64,000 bases of DNA, taken from NCBI GenBank assembly GCA_963782545.1, contig CAWAKD010000001.1, positions 8,118 through 72,117 on the forward strand, read 5' to 3'. Below, in pieces: positions 17,708 to 28,287 of this stretch. The position numbers and the translations under genes are program-made. The notes under the pieces were generated by a model. It did no database searches, was not told the origin of the DNA, and worked only from the letters and a program-made list of their open reading frames with translations. Each line of letters opens with the position of its first letter. Within the stretch, counting starts at the first letter, position 1. The stretch is from an uncultured delta proteobacterium (GTDB taxonomy: Bacteria; Myxococcota_A; Polyangia; Fen-1088).

Positions 17708-18360
17708 GAAGTCGGCGCGAGACCTGCCGCGGTGAGGGCGAGTCCGGAAGGTCTGTCCGATCCCGGCTGAGGACCGTCTTGGGTTTGGTTTTGGGCTCTC
17801 ACAGACGGCGGCGCGGAGGTTCTTCCCCAGGCGATGCTCCAGTCCACCAGCGCCGCCGTGAACGCACCGATGCTTCCGCCCACGATTGCGCCCCCGATTT
17901 CACATTCATCGCCGTGTGCATTGCAGCTCCTGAACTGGCTTCCGATCGCCATGCCCATGAGCGGCAGGAACAGGCGCATGATGGGACTCAAGGCTACCAG
18001 GGTGCCCCGGCGATGCACCGCATGGACAATGATGGGCCCCGCAAAGTAGCCGGCTATCGCCACCTCCGGGCGATCGAACGCGAACCCCAGAGCAATGGAG
18101 GTCGCGTCCGCCAGCATGACCTGGTAGCCGTACCATTTCCTCGCCGGCGCCGTAGATGCTACGGGTTGGCGGTCTAGTAAGCTTGAGGGCGGTGCGACGG
18201 GAGCTCCCGCCATGCGCGGCGGTGCAGCCTGACCGGGAACGAGGGCGACGCCGCCCGACACCGCGCTGGCATCCGCGTGTGCCTTGCTTCCGCCAACCCA
18301 AGACAGCGCCAAGGCGAAAGAAACAATCAGGCCGTACCTGAGGGTGGGCTTGGACACCAT
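17671..18360 (-). CDS. Hypothetical secreted/membrane protein
   Basis: ATG 18360 gives the MVSKPTLRYGLIVSFALALSWVGGSKAHA signal, and hydrophobic segments follow. High GC3. Its last 12 codons lie in repeat copy B. Confidence 0.5.
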   Translation of the reverse strand: MVSKPTLRYGLIVSFALALSWVGGSKAHADASAVSGGVALVPGQAAPPRMAGAPVAPPSSLLDRQPVASTAPARKWYGYQVMLADATSIALGFAFDRPEVAIAGYFAGPIIVHAVHRRGTLVALSPIMRLFLPLMGMAIGSQFRSCNAHGDECEIGGAIVGGSIGAFTAALVDWSIAWGRTSAPPSVRAQNQTQDGPQPGSDRPSGLALTAAGLAPTSNGLKLLLGGTF

Positions 18361-18532
18361 GAAGTCGTCTCGCGCAAACACCATGCCCCCCTCAATGCAA
18401 GGTACGATCCAATGAAATTGGGGCAGTTTCAAGGCGGGTTTGCGTGGCGGCCGAACGGACTGGTGAGAACCCCACACTTGGCCGTCAAGAAGCGCCCACC
18501 AAGCCGCCTCCGGCGCGCCCGATGGGCCTCGC

Positions 18533-19264
18533 TCAGCTGCGCCTGCGACCGCCGAAGATGCGCAGGAGCATGAGGAACAGGTTGATGAAGTCGAGGTAGA
18601 GGATGAGCGCCCCTTGCAGGGCCATCTTGGTGTACGCCTCACCCTCCCCGGCTTGCGCGCCCAGCGCCTTGAGTCTGGCGGTGTCGTAGGCCGTCAGCCC
18701 CGTGAAGACGAGGACCCCGGCGAAGGTCGTGAGCCAGTAGAGCATCGGGCTGCCAAGGAAGAAGTTCACAATGGACGCGAGGATGATGCCCCACAGGCCC
18801 ATCATACAGAAACTTCCGAGACTGGACAGGTCGCGTTTGGTGGTCGCGCCGTAGACCGAGAGTCCGGCGAACATTCCGCCGGTGACGAGGAACGTGCTTC
18901 CGATCGAGCCCGCGGTGTAGCGCAGGAAAATGACCGAGAAGGTCACCCCGCTCAGAGCCGCATAGCCGAAGAACATCGCGGCCGCGGTGCTGGCGCTGAC
19001 CCGCGCGGCGACCGGCACGAAGGCGATGACCAGGAGAAGCTCGGCGATGAGCAGCGCGGGAAAGACCAGGTGATTGCCGAAAATGAAGCCCATGGCGCCT
19101 GGGCTCGCCACCACCGCGAGCGCGACCAGTCCCGTTGTCGCGAGCCCGAGGCTCATGAAGAAGTGAACCCTCTGCAGGAAGGCTCGTGCCGCATCGGCGC
19201 TCAGGCTGCCGAAGCCGGCTCGGACAGTGCCCACTCTGGCTTGATTGGTTCCTACCCATGCCAT
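18533..19264 (-). CDS. Bax-inhibitor-1/YccA-family membrane protein
   Basis: Seven TM helices and family pattern ...FLQRVHFFMSLGLATTG...YGATTKRDLSSLGSF..M.LWG...ASIVN.F........L..FAGVLVFTGLTAYDT..LK.... Confidence 0.85.
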   Translation of the reverse strand: MAWVGTNQARVGTVRAGFGSLSADAARAFLQRVHFFMSLGLATTGLVALAVVASPGAMGFIFGNHLVFPALLIAELLLVIAFVPVAARVSASTAAAMFFGYAALSGVTFSVIFLRYTAGSIGSTFLVTGGMFAGLSVYGATTKRDLSSLGSFCMMGLWGIILASIVNFFLGSPMLYWLTTFAGVLVFTGLTAYDTARLKALGAQAGEGEAYTKMALQGALILYLDFINLFLMLLRIFGGRRRS

Positions 19265-19340
19265 GATGTCTTCTTACCACCAGTTTCGTTCGCGTCCACT
19301 CGCTGGCGGCTCGGCGACGGGGACGAAGTCTCGATCCACC

Positions 19341-20648
19341 TTACGAGCGCACGAAGGCGTCGTAGATGGCGTGCAGGCCCTTGCCGAGATCGGCGGCGTC
19401 CACGCCGACGATGATGGAGAGCTCGGAGGCGCCCTGGTCGATGATGCGCACGTTGACGCCCGCGTTGGCCAGCGCGGTGAATAGGCGCGACGAGACCCCC
19501 ACCCTGCGCGACATGCCGTGGCCCACGGTGGCGATGAGCGCGAGGTTGCGCTCGATCTCGATGGAATCCGGCTCGCACGCGTTGCGGATCTCCTGCAGCA
19601 CCACGTCCTCGACCGGCTCGAAGTTCTTCTGGTCGATGACCACGCACATCGAGTCGATGCCGGAGGGCGACAGCTCGTAGCTGATGCCCTTGGTCTCCAG
19701 GATGCCGAGCACGCGGCGGCCGAAGCCACGCTCTTTGTTCATCAGCGTCTTTTCGATCTGGAGCAGACAGAATCCGTTGCGCCCCGCGATCCCGGCGATG
19801 GGCCGATCGGCGGCCTGATTCTCGGGGACGATCAAGGTGCCCGGGGCCGAAGGATCGTTGGTGTTGGCGATGCGGATGGGGATGCCGACCTGCTTGCACG
19901 GCAGGATGGCCTCCTCGTGAAAGACGTTGGCGCCCGAATAGGCGAGCTCGCGCAGCTCGCGGTAGGTCACGCGCTCCATGGGCGCGGCGTCGGGCACGAT
20001 GCGTGGGTCGGTCATGAGCAGGCCCGAGACGTCGGTCCAATTCTCGTAGAGGCTGGCCGACGCCGCGCGGGCCAGGATGGCGCCCGAGATGTCGGATCCG
20101 CCGCGCGAGAAGGTCTTGACCTTGCCCTGCGGCCCGGTGCCGTAGAAGCCGGGCAGAACGCAGGACCCTTGCGCCGGCAGTCGCGCCGGCAGCTCCTTCC
20201 AGGTCCGCTCGTCGACCAGGCCATTCGAGGTCAAGAACACCGCGCCCTCGGCCTCGACGAAAGTGGCCCCCAGAAACGCCGCCATGATGCGCGCCGAAAA
20301 ATGTTCCCCGCGCGAGGCGATCCAGTCCCGGTCCGCGCCCGCGCGCACGGCCTTTTCGAAGCCGTCGAGCAGACCGGACATGCCCGCATTCACCGCCAGC
20401 GCAGCCTCGATCTCCAGGAACCGCCCGCGCAAGAGCGCCAGCGAAGGCCCGGGATCCATGTCGCGCGCGACCATCTCATGGATGGACAAGAGGATATCGG
20501 TGACCTTGGGATCCTGCTTGTGCCGCTTGCCCGGCGCCGACACCACCACCGCGCGCCGGTTGGCGTCGGCCTTGATGATGGACGCCACCTTGCGGAACTG
20601 GGGCGCATCGGCAAGCGAGCTCCCCCCGAATTTGCAGGCGATGGTCAT
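19341..20648 (-). CDS. Aspartate kinase
   Basis: N-terminal CKFGGSSLAD...VVVSAPG and C-terminal ACT-domain pattern (...IATVGHGMSRRVGVSSRLFTALANAGVNVRIIDQGASELSIIVGV). GAGGAG precedes ATG 20648. Confidence 0.9.
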   Translation of the reverse strand: MTIACKFGGSSLADAPQFRKVASIIKADANRRAVVVSAPGKRHKQDPKVTDILLSIHEMVARDMDPGPSLALLRGRFLEIEAALAVNAGMSGLLDGFEKAVRAGADRDWIASRGEHFSARIMAAFLGATFVEAEGAVFLTSNGLVDERTWKELPARLPAQGSCVLPGFYGTGPQGKVKTFSRGGSDISGAILARAASASLYENWTDVSGLLMTDPRIVPDAAPMERVTYRELRELAYSGANVFHEEAILPCKQVGIPIRIANTNDPSAPGTLIVPENQAADRPIAGIAGRNGFCLLQIEKTLMNKERGFGRRVLGILETKGISYELSPSGIDSMCVVIDQKNFEPVEDVVLQEIRNACEPDSIEIERNLALIATVGHGMSRRVGVSSRLFTALANAGVNVRIIDQGASELSIIVGVDAADLGKGLHAIYDAFVRS

Positions 20649-20900
20649 GGTTCTCCTCGATTCGTATTCAGGTTGAAACCACTACTTCCCCGATTTGGGG
20701 GACCAGATCAAGTCCTTAACCTGTACGGAGCGATCCCGCGTCGGTCGATGGACGTTCCCGGCTCAGCGATGCCGGCGCAAGCCCGCTGAACTCGAGTCTT
20801 CGCTGCACTGGAGCTTCTTCTTGCAATGTCCGAGCGGTGCGCGAATCTCTTCGGATTGCCCCATGACCAAACGCCACGGCGAAGATCCCTGCCCGTAGTC

Positions 20901-21551
20901 ATGTCGAATCCGCAGGCGTGCAAATTGTGCCTTGCTTCGGTTTGCGTTCCGGCAGGACGGAACAAGCACAGGGAATTCGTGCATTGCCCGCGCTGTGGGC
21001 TGGTGTTCGTGCCCGGCGAATTCTGGCTTGGCGAGGATGCGGAGCGGGCGCGCTACGCCCATCACGACAACTCTCCCACGAATGAAGGTTATGTGAGGTT
21101 CCTCGGGCAGGTCGCGGATGTGGTGGCGGAGCTCGGGTCGAGCCACGCGCGCGTCCTCGATTTCGGTAGCGGCGAGAACGCCGTGCTCGCGGACATCCTG
21201 CGCCAGCGCGGATTCGACTGTCTGGCCTACGACCCGCTCTACGGCAAGGGACTGGCAGCCTTGCGCGACCGCTACGACGTCGTGGTTCTGTGCGAGGTCA
21301 TCGAGCACCTGCGCGACCTGCGCGACGAGATCCTCTCGCTCGAGAAGGTCCTCGCTCCCGGTGGGAGCGTCGTCGTGCGCACGCAATGCTACCCGTCGGT
21401 CGCCGGCGTGACGTCGTGGTGGTACGCGCGCGATGCGACCCATCTCAACTTCTTGTCCGAGCGAACCCTCGAAGTCGCGGCCGGGCTGTGCGGTCTGCGC
21501 TGCCTTGCCACCCGCCAGCCCGACATCTTCGTCTGGGCCAACGCGAGCTAG
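20901..21551 (+). CDS. Class I SAM-dependent methyltransferase with N-terminal Cys4 zinc-ribbon
   Basis: CKLC...CPRCG ribbon, motif I VLDFGSGENA, and ...DVVVLCEVIEHL... The ATG 20901 versus 20826 start is uncertain. Confidence 0.7.
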   Translation: MSNPQACKLCLASVCVPAGRNKHREFVHCPRCGLVFVPGEFWLGEDAERARYAHHDNSPTNEGYVRFLGQVADVVAELGSSHARVLDFGSGENAVLADILRQRGFDCLAYDPLYGKGLAALRDRYDVVVLCEVIEHLRDLRDEILSLEKVLAPGGSVVVRTQCYPSVAGVTSWWYARDATHLNFLSERTLEVAAGLCGLRCLATRQPDIFVWANAS

Positions 21552-21985
21552 TCGCGTGGGGAGCCAACGCGGGGACCCGCTGGCTACGGCGTGGCGGGTC
21601 CTGTCAGCTCGGGACCCCTCCCCGTCATGCGCGTAGGTCGATTCCCTTCGAAAACTGCACAAAGCGACGATTTGGGCGTGCGCGTGCAGCACACGCGGCA
21701 CGCGACCTTCGCGCACGACGGGTCCCCTCCCTCACTGCCACCCGCCACGCCTTCGCCAGCTAGACATTAGCGGCATGCTGCTGGATGCGATCTTTGAAGC
21801 GTTCGTGGCTGGTACTCCGACTACGGGCACGGACGGATGCCGGACGCCGGCCGGGAAACGGACGGTGGCCGTTCGGCGGCCGGACGGCTTTCGGCCGGCG
21901 GGGTAAGCCCGCCGTGTAAATCCACGAAAAGACGCGGTCAACTTCGCGGGTGAGCCTTGGCACCGTTCTCGCTTTGCTCCGCCAC

Positions 21986-23492
21986 GTGCTCACGCGTGTC
22001 CTTTCCGCAACTGTCATCGGCATCGAGGCCGCGCCCATCCATGTCGAGGTGGACGTGGCCAACGGATTGCCCGGTTGCCACATCGTGGGTCTACCCGATG
22101 TCGGGGTGAAGGAAGGGCGCGTTCGCATTCGCGGCGCGATCGAAAACAGCGGCTTCAAGTACCCGCTTCGCCGCATCACCGTGAACCTCGCGCCGGCCGA
22201 CCTCCGCAAGGACGGGGCCGCCTTCGACGTTCCCATCGCCATCGGCATCCTGACGGCGGCGGGCGCCCTTCCCGCCGAAGTGAACGAGACTTCCCTCTTC
22301 GTGGGCGAGCTGGCCCTCGACGGCCGCGTGCGCCCCGTGCGCGGGGTGCTGCCCATGGCCGCCTACGCCCGGGCTCGCGCCATTCCACGCCTGTTCGTGC
22401 CCAGGGAAAACGCGCCCGAGGCCGCCGTGGTGAGCGGTGGCAGCACGGTCATCCCGATCGGACATCTCGGCGAATTGGTCGAGGCGCTGCAAGGAGAAGC
22501 GGCAGCATGCGAGCCGGCGACGCCGCCCGTGTTCATGCCCAAGGCGGGCGCGGACATGGCCGACGTCCGCGGCCAGGAGGTCGCGCGCCGGGCGCTCGAA
22601 GATCGCGGCGGCGGGCGGTCACAACATCCTTTTCGTCGGGCCTCCCGGTTCGGGCAAGACCATGCTGGCGCGCAGGCTGCCGGGCATTCTGCCCGCGCTC
22701 TGCTTCGACGAATCGCTGGAGACCACCATGGTGTATTCCGTGGCCGGATTGCTGGCCGGGCGATCGCTGGTCACCGAGCGGCCCTTTCGCGCGCCTCACC
22801 ACACGGTCAGCGTGGCGGGCCTGGCCGGCGGTGGTCCCACGGTGCGTCCGGGCGAGATCTCACTCGCCCACAACGGCGTGCTCTTTCTCGACGAGCTGCT
22901 CGAATTCTCCCGCCCGGCCCTGGAGGCGCTTCGCCAACCCCTCGAAGAACGCGAGATCGCGGTCGTGCGCGCTCGCCGCACGGTGATCTTTCCCGCCGAC
23001 TTCATGTTGGTGGCCGCGCTCAATCCCTGTCCCTGCGGCCATCTCGGCAATCGCCTACGCACCTGCACCTGCTCGCAATTCGCCATCAACGCCTACCGTG
23101 CCAAGCTGTCGGGGCCGCTGCTCGACCGCATCGACATGCACGTCGAGGTTCCTGCCCTCACCTACCGCGAACTGGCGGCCAAGGAGAGTGGCGAACGAAC
23201 CGCGACGGTGCGCGCGCGGGTGGAGAGGACGCGCCAGCGACAGCAAAAACGCGGCCCGCGCGAAAATGCCCGGCTGTCCACGCCCGACCTGTCCCGGGTC
23301 GCCGCCCTCGACGGCGATGGACATCGCTTGCTCGAACGCGCGGTGGAGCGTCTGGCGCTGTCGGCGCGAGCCATCGAGCGCGTGCGCAGGCTGGCCCGCA
23401 CCATCGCCGACATGGAGGACAGCGAGAACGTGCGCGGTCCCCACGTGGCCGAGGCGTTGCAGTACCGGTTCTTGGATAGGGAGGCTAGCTAG
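21986..23492 (+). pseudogene. comM: ComM/YifB Mg-chelatase-like AAA+ protein; frame broken at ~22600
   Basis: N-terminal Lon-like part is in ORF 21950..23479 (...DMADVRGQEVARRALE). The Walker A part and the rest are in ORF 22437..23492 (IAAAGGHNILFVGPPGSGKTMLARRL...RAPHHTVS...). One extra base in CTCGAAGATCGCG (22596-22608) separates them. Confidence 0.85.
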
Positions 23493-23530
23493 ATGTTAAC
23501 CGCAGACACCAACCCAAAAGGAGATAACCC

Positions 23531-24577
<1,047 letters not shown>

Positions 24578-24888
24578 CCTGCGCGGGATGGCCTTCGGGA
24601 CGCGCGGTCGCCGGATCCGGCGAGGCACACCTCCTCGGACTGGTTGCATTACGCAAAGCGGAAGGCGCGCGAAGCGGCGGCGCCAACCCTGTCGCCACCG
24701 GGGAAAGCACCGCGGCATAGGCGGGCTGCCCGCTCCCGCGAGATTGGGTTACAGGGGCGGGCCCACCGACCGCGTGCTTTTTTGTCACCCCGATGAACCA
24801 ACCGGCATCTCAAGGGTGACTACGATTGCGAACCTTTTCCCGGACCAAATGGGACTCCACCGGTCTCGTTCAAAGATGAAAGGGCGGA

Positions 24889-25875
24889 ATGGCCGATCTT
24901 CGCACCAGCTACATGGGTATCGCGCTCAAGAACCCGATCATCGTTGGCTCATCTCCGCTATCGACCCGCGTGGGAACCGTTCAGGCCATGGAAGCGTCCG
25001 GGGCCGCGGCGGTGGTTCTCAAGTCGCTCTTCGAGGAACAGGTTCGCATCGATGCGGCGGCATTCGAACGTGACCTGGCCGAACACGACGAGACTTCGGC
25101 CGAAGCGATCTCCATGTTTCCGCACCTCGAGCACGCCGGTACGAGGACGCACGTCTACTGGGTTTCGGAGGCGCGCAAGGCGGTGAAGATTCCGCTCATC
25201 GCCAGCATCAACTGTGTGACCAAGGTCGAGTGGGCCGAATATGCCAAGGCCCTTGAGGGCGCCGGGGTCGATGGTATCGAGCTCAACCTCTATTCGGCCG
25301 TCAACGACCTCGGCGTGACCGCGGCCGATATCGAAAACCGGGAACTCGAGATCCTCAACGAGGTTCGCAACGCGGTTCGCATCCCGATCGGAATCAAGCT
25401 GCATCCTTTCTACACCAACCTGCTCAACGTGGTGTCCAGGTTCGAGGAGGCGGGCGCCGATGGCTTCGTGATGTTCAACCGTCTGTTTCAGCCCGACATC
25501 GATGTGGATGCCGAGGTCAAGAAGGCGCGCTACCTGGAAACCGATTCGCGGGATTCGCTGCTGCCCATGCGCTGGATCGCCCTGCTGACGAACCGGTTGC
25601 GCGCGGGTATCGCCGCCAGCACGGGCATCAGCAGCGGCCGCGACATGGCCAAGATGATCCTCGCTGGCGCGCGTGCCACGCAGGTGGTCGGGGCGATTAT
25701 TCGCGAGAAGCCGGCTCACATCGGCAAGATGCTGGACGAGCTTCGCGCGTGGATGGACAGCCATGGCTACGCGAACATCGAAGATTTCCGCGGCAAACTT
25801 GCACGACTCAATCCGAATGACACGTGGGGGTTTACAACCAGTCAATATGTCGAAGGTCTACTCGGTCTGGGCTGA
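24889..25875 (+). CDS. Dihydroorotate dehydrogenase-like TIM-barrel flavoprotein
   Basis: YMGIALKNPIIVGSSPLS...VVLKSLFEEQ...IPLIASIN......GVDGIELNLY......IPIGIKL.P... is the pattern of DHOD-like (PyrD family 1-like) proteins. The exact substrate is unknown. Confidence 0.7.
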   Translation: MADLRTSYMGIALKNPIIVGSSPLSTRVGTVQAMEASGAAAVVLKSLFEEQVRIDAAAFERDLAEHDETSAEAISMFPHLEHAGTRTHVYWVSEARKAVKIPLIASINCVTKVEWAEYAKALEGAGVDGIELNLYSAVNDLGVTAADIENRELEILNEVRNAVRIPIGIKLHPFYTNLLNVVSRFEEAGADGFVMFNRLFQPDIDVDAEVKKARYLETDSRDSLLPMRWIALLTNRLRAGIAASTGISSGRDMAKMILAGARATQVVGAIIREKPAHIGKMLDELRAWMDSHGYANIEDFRGKLARLNPNDTWGFTTSQYVEGLLGLG

Positions 25876-25878
25876 AAC

Positions 25879-25897
25879 GGTCCGCCTCGCGCGGACC
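25879..25897 (+). terminator. Stem-loop right after the DHOD-like gene (GGTCCGC-CTCGC-GCGGACC)
   Basis: 7-bp perfect GC-rich stem starting 4 nt after the stop codon. There is no T-tract, so intrinsic-terminator function is only suggested. Confidence 0.35.
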
Positions 25898-25943
25898 GCG
25901 ACAGTCAGAAAGGAGCTACTCCTGTAGCTAGGTGGAAGTGGGG

Positions 25944-26004
25944 GGCCCTCCGTACTCGGCGTCCGTTTGGTCCACGGAAGAGAGCCTGCTGAGTACGGAG
26001 GGCC
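25944..26004. repeat. 14-bp perfect inverted repeat with structured 33-nt loop between convergent genes
   Basis: GGCCCTCCGTACTC (25944-25957) pairs with GAGTACGGAGGGCC (25991-26004). The loop holds a nested TCCGT/ACGGA stem, and AATTTATTTT follows. Confidence 0.6.
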
Positions 26005-26044
26005 AATTTATTTTCCCCACTCGCGGTCGATTCGAGGGCCGAGA

Positions 26045-27100
26045 TCAGCTCCAGCGGAAGTAGCGCAGGCCGAGCACGAAGGCGGGAACGCCCCACAGCG
26101 CCAGGATCGCCAGCGACGGCAGCACGCCGACCAAGCCGGCGCCGTCGATCATCACCGCGCGCATGCCATCGCACATGGCGGTGAGCGGAAGGATGCGGAT
26201 GGCCGGCTGCAGGGCCTCGGGGAAATTGCTGGAGGCGAAGAACACGCCCGAGGTGATGAACATGGGCAGCATGATCAGGTTCATCAAGCCGCTGATGGTT
26301 TCGGTGTTCTGGGCTCGACTCGCGACGGCGATGGCGATAGCCGCGAAGCACGCGCTGCCGGCGAAAGCCACGACCACCAGGGCAAGATACGATCCCGTCA
26401 CCTGCACGGAAAAGAAGATGCGCGAGAAGGCGAGGATCACGATCAGCTCCAGGGGAATCACCACCAGGCGCGCCAGCCCGAGCGCATACATCAGATGGCG
26501 TCGCTGCATGGGCGCGGCCAGCAGACGCTTGAGCAGCTTGCGCACGCGCATGTGCACGATCACCCAGGCCACGCCCCACATCGACCCCGACATGAGGTTC
26601 ATGGCGATGAGCCCGGGAATCAGGAAATCGATGTAGCGCGAACCGGGCTCGCGTACCTCATCGTCGCGCACCAGACGTGGCTCGGTCTGCCCGGCCGCGC
26701 GCTGAAGGATCCGGTTGACGGTCGCGCGCGCACTGCGGGCTTCGGCGCGCGTCGGATCGAAGCGGAAGGTGAGCGGCTGCCCCGGACCGCGCGGCGGGAC
26801 CAGCAGCAGGTTCACGCGTCCGGCGCGCAGCTCGGCCGCGGCCGCCGCGCGGTCGAGATTCTCGACCCGAACCTTGGCGTCCGTGAGCGCCCGCTCCAGC
26901 TCGGCCGAGATCCCGGGCAGGGCGCCCACGGCGACCGGCTCGGGACCACGCGCGCGAAAGGCGATGCCGAGCGCCAGGGACAGCAACACGGGAAAGCCGA
27001 AGGCCCAGAACAGGACCCCCGGCTCGCGTCCGATCTCGCGCAGCCGCATCAGGGTGAGCTGGACGATGGGATTCGGGCGCCTGTCCGGTGCATCAACCAT
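26045..27100 (-). CDS. ABC-2-type transporter permease
   Basis: ATG 27100 (MVDAPDRRPNPIVQLTLMRLREIGREPGVLFWAFGFPVLLSL...). Six TM helices plus a large first loop. Overlaps the upstream ATPase stop by 8 nt. Confidence 0.8.
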   Translation of the reverse strand: MVDAPDRRPNPIVQLTLMRLREIGREPGVLFWAFGFPVLLSLALGIAFRARGPEPVAVGALPGISAELERALTDAKVRVENLDRAAAAAELRAGRVNLLLVPPRGPGQPLTFRFDPTRAEARSARATVNRILQRAAGQTEPRLVRDDEVREPGSRYIDFLIPGLIAMNLMSGSMWGVAWVIVHMRVRKLLKRLLAAPMQRRHLMYALGLARLVVIPLELIVILAFSRIFFSVQVTGSYLALVVVAFAGSACFAAIAIAVASRAQNTETISGLMNLIMLPMFITSGVFFASSNFPEALQPAIRILPLTAMCDGMRAVMIDGAGLVGVLPSLAILALWGVPAFVLGLRYFRWS

Positions 27101-28077
27101 CGCGCAGGTGCCTTCCCGTGAGCGCCACGAAGACATCCTCGAGCGATGCCTTGCGCGTGCCGAGCCGTGCCAGCGCGCAGCCCTTGCTTTCGACCAGGGC
27201 CAGGACCGCGGCCACCGCTCGCTCGGGTTCGCGCACCGCAAGCGACCACGCGCCCTCGGCCGAAAGATGCGCCTCCGAGATCTGAAGGCAGGCCGCGCAG
27301 ATCGTCGGCACAAAGTCCCGCGCTGCCGCCATTCTCGATCTCGAGCTCGATCACGTGGTCGCCCGAGAGCGCCGCAATCAGCTCGGCGGGCGTGCCCAGC
27401 CGTACCAGCTTGCCGTGGTCTACGATGGCCACGCGATCGCAGAGCCGTTCGGCCTCTTCCATGTAATGTGTGGTCAGCACGACGGTCCCGCCGCGCGCCC
27501 GGTAGCCGGCGACGAGCCCCCACACCTGGCGCCGGGATTGTGGATCGAGCCCCGTGGTCGGCTCGTCGAGGAAGAGCACCTCGGGCTCGCCCACCATGGC
27601 GCAGGCGATGGCCAGGCGCTGGCGCTGTCCTCCCGACAACTTACCCACCCATGCGCGCCGTTTTTCCTCCAGTTCGACGTCGGCCAGGAGGTGATCGAGA
27701 GGCCTCGGCCTGCGATAGAAGCTGCGAAAGAGCGTGAGCAGTTCCTCGACCATCAGCTTGTCGGGCAGATTGGTTTCTTGCAGGGCCACGCCCACGCGCT
27801 GGCGCAAGTTGTCCTCGTCGCTCGACCAGCGGAGCCCGAGCAGCTCGACCTGGCCGGCACTGGGCGGAAGCAGGCCTTCCAGCATTTCAACCGTGGTGGT
27901 CTTGCCCGAACCGTTCGGTCCGAGCAGCCCGAAACACTCCCCGCGCTGGATGGCAAGATCGAGACCGTCGACGGCAACCACGTCCGGAGACTTCTTGCGA
28001 AAGACACCGTGCTTGCCGTCGTAGACCTTGCGCAGCCCGCGGCACAAGACGGCCGGCGTGTCACCCTGTTGGTTCAC
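27093..28077 (-). pseudogene. ABC transporter ATP-binding protein; frame broken between ~27280 and ~27340
   Basis: Walker A GPNGSGKTT, signature LSGGQRQR and Walker B VLFLDEPTTGLD are in ORF 27049..28077. The expected C-terminus ...ISEAHLSAEGAWSLAV...ASLEDVFVALTG is in ORF 27093..27332. Removing one base of the AA at 27285-27286 gives ...DDLRGLPQISEAHL... Confidence 0.8.
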
Positions 28078-28287
28078 TGCGCCTGTCTATAACGTGTCAA
28101 GATGGCGCGTGCCAGCCGTGAATCTGCGAAAAGACGCGCCCGATTTCGCGACAGAAGGTCGAATTGTTTCCTGCATGTATCTGAAGAAATAACTCGCGGT
28201 TACTTCTAGATATCATCTGGGAAAATTCTACACATCTATTGAAACGCAGACTTTTCTGGGCTTTTCCCTGGATGCAACCTGCTCGAC

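Noticed and set aside
20649-20900. 250-nt leader upstream of aspartate kinase as a possible lysine or other riboswitch.
   Set aside because: I could not recognise conserved L-box or other riboswitch core sequences by eye. An Rfam/Infernal scan is needed before any claim.
23485-23501. CTAGCTAGATGTTAACC just upstream of recA as a possible LexA/SOS box.
   Set aside because: It matches only about 10 of 17 positions of the myxobacterial LexA motif as I remember it (CTRHAMRYBYGTTCAGS), which is too weak to call.
24755-24784. GC-rich stem followed by TTTTTT as a recA terminator.
   Set aside because: The stem is only about 4 bp (GCGG/CCGC) and lies 180 nt past the recA stop. It is mentioned under the comM-recA finding but is too weak for a feature call.
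28093-28115. TGGCACG on the minus strand (28108-28114), a perfect sigma-54 -24 element, upstream of the ABC ATPase gene and near amt.
   Set aside because: There is no TTGC -12 element at the required 4-nt spacing (the sequence is TGGCACG-CGCC-ATCT). It also sits only about 15-35 nt from the start codon.
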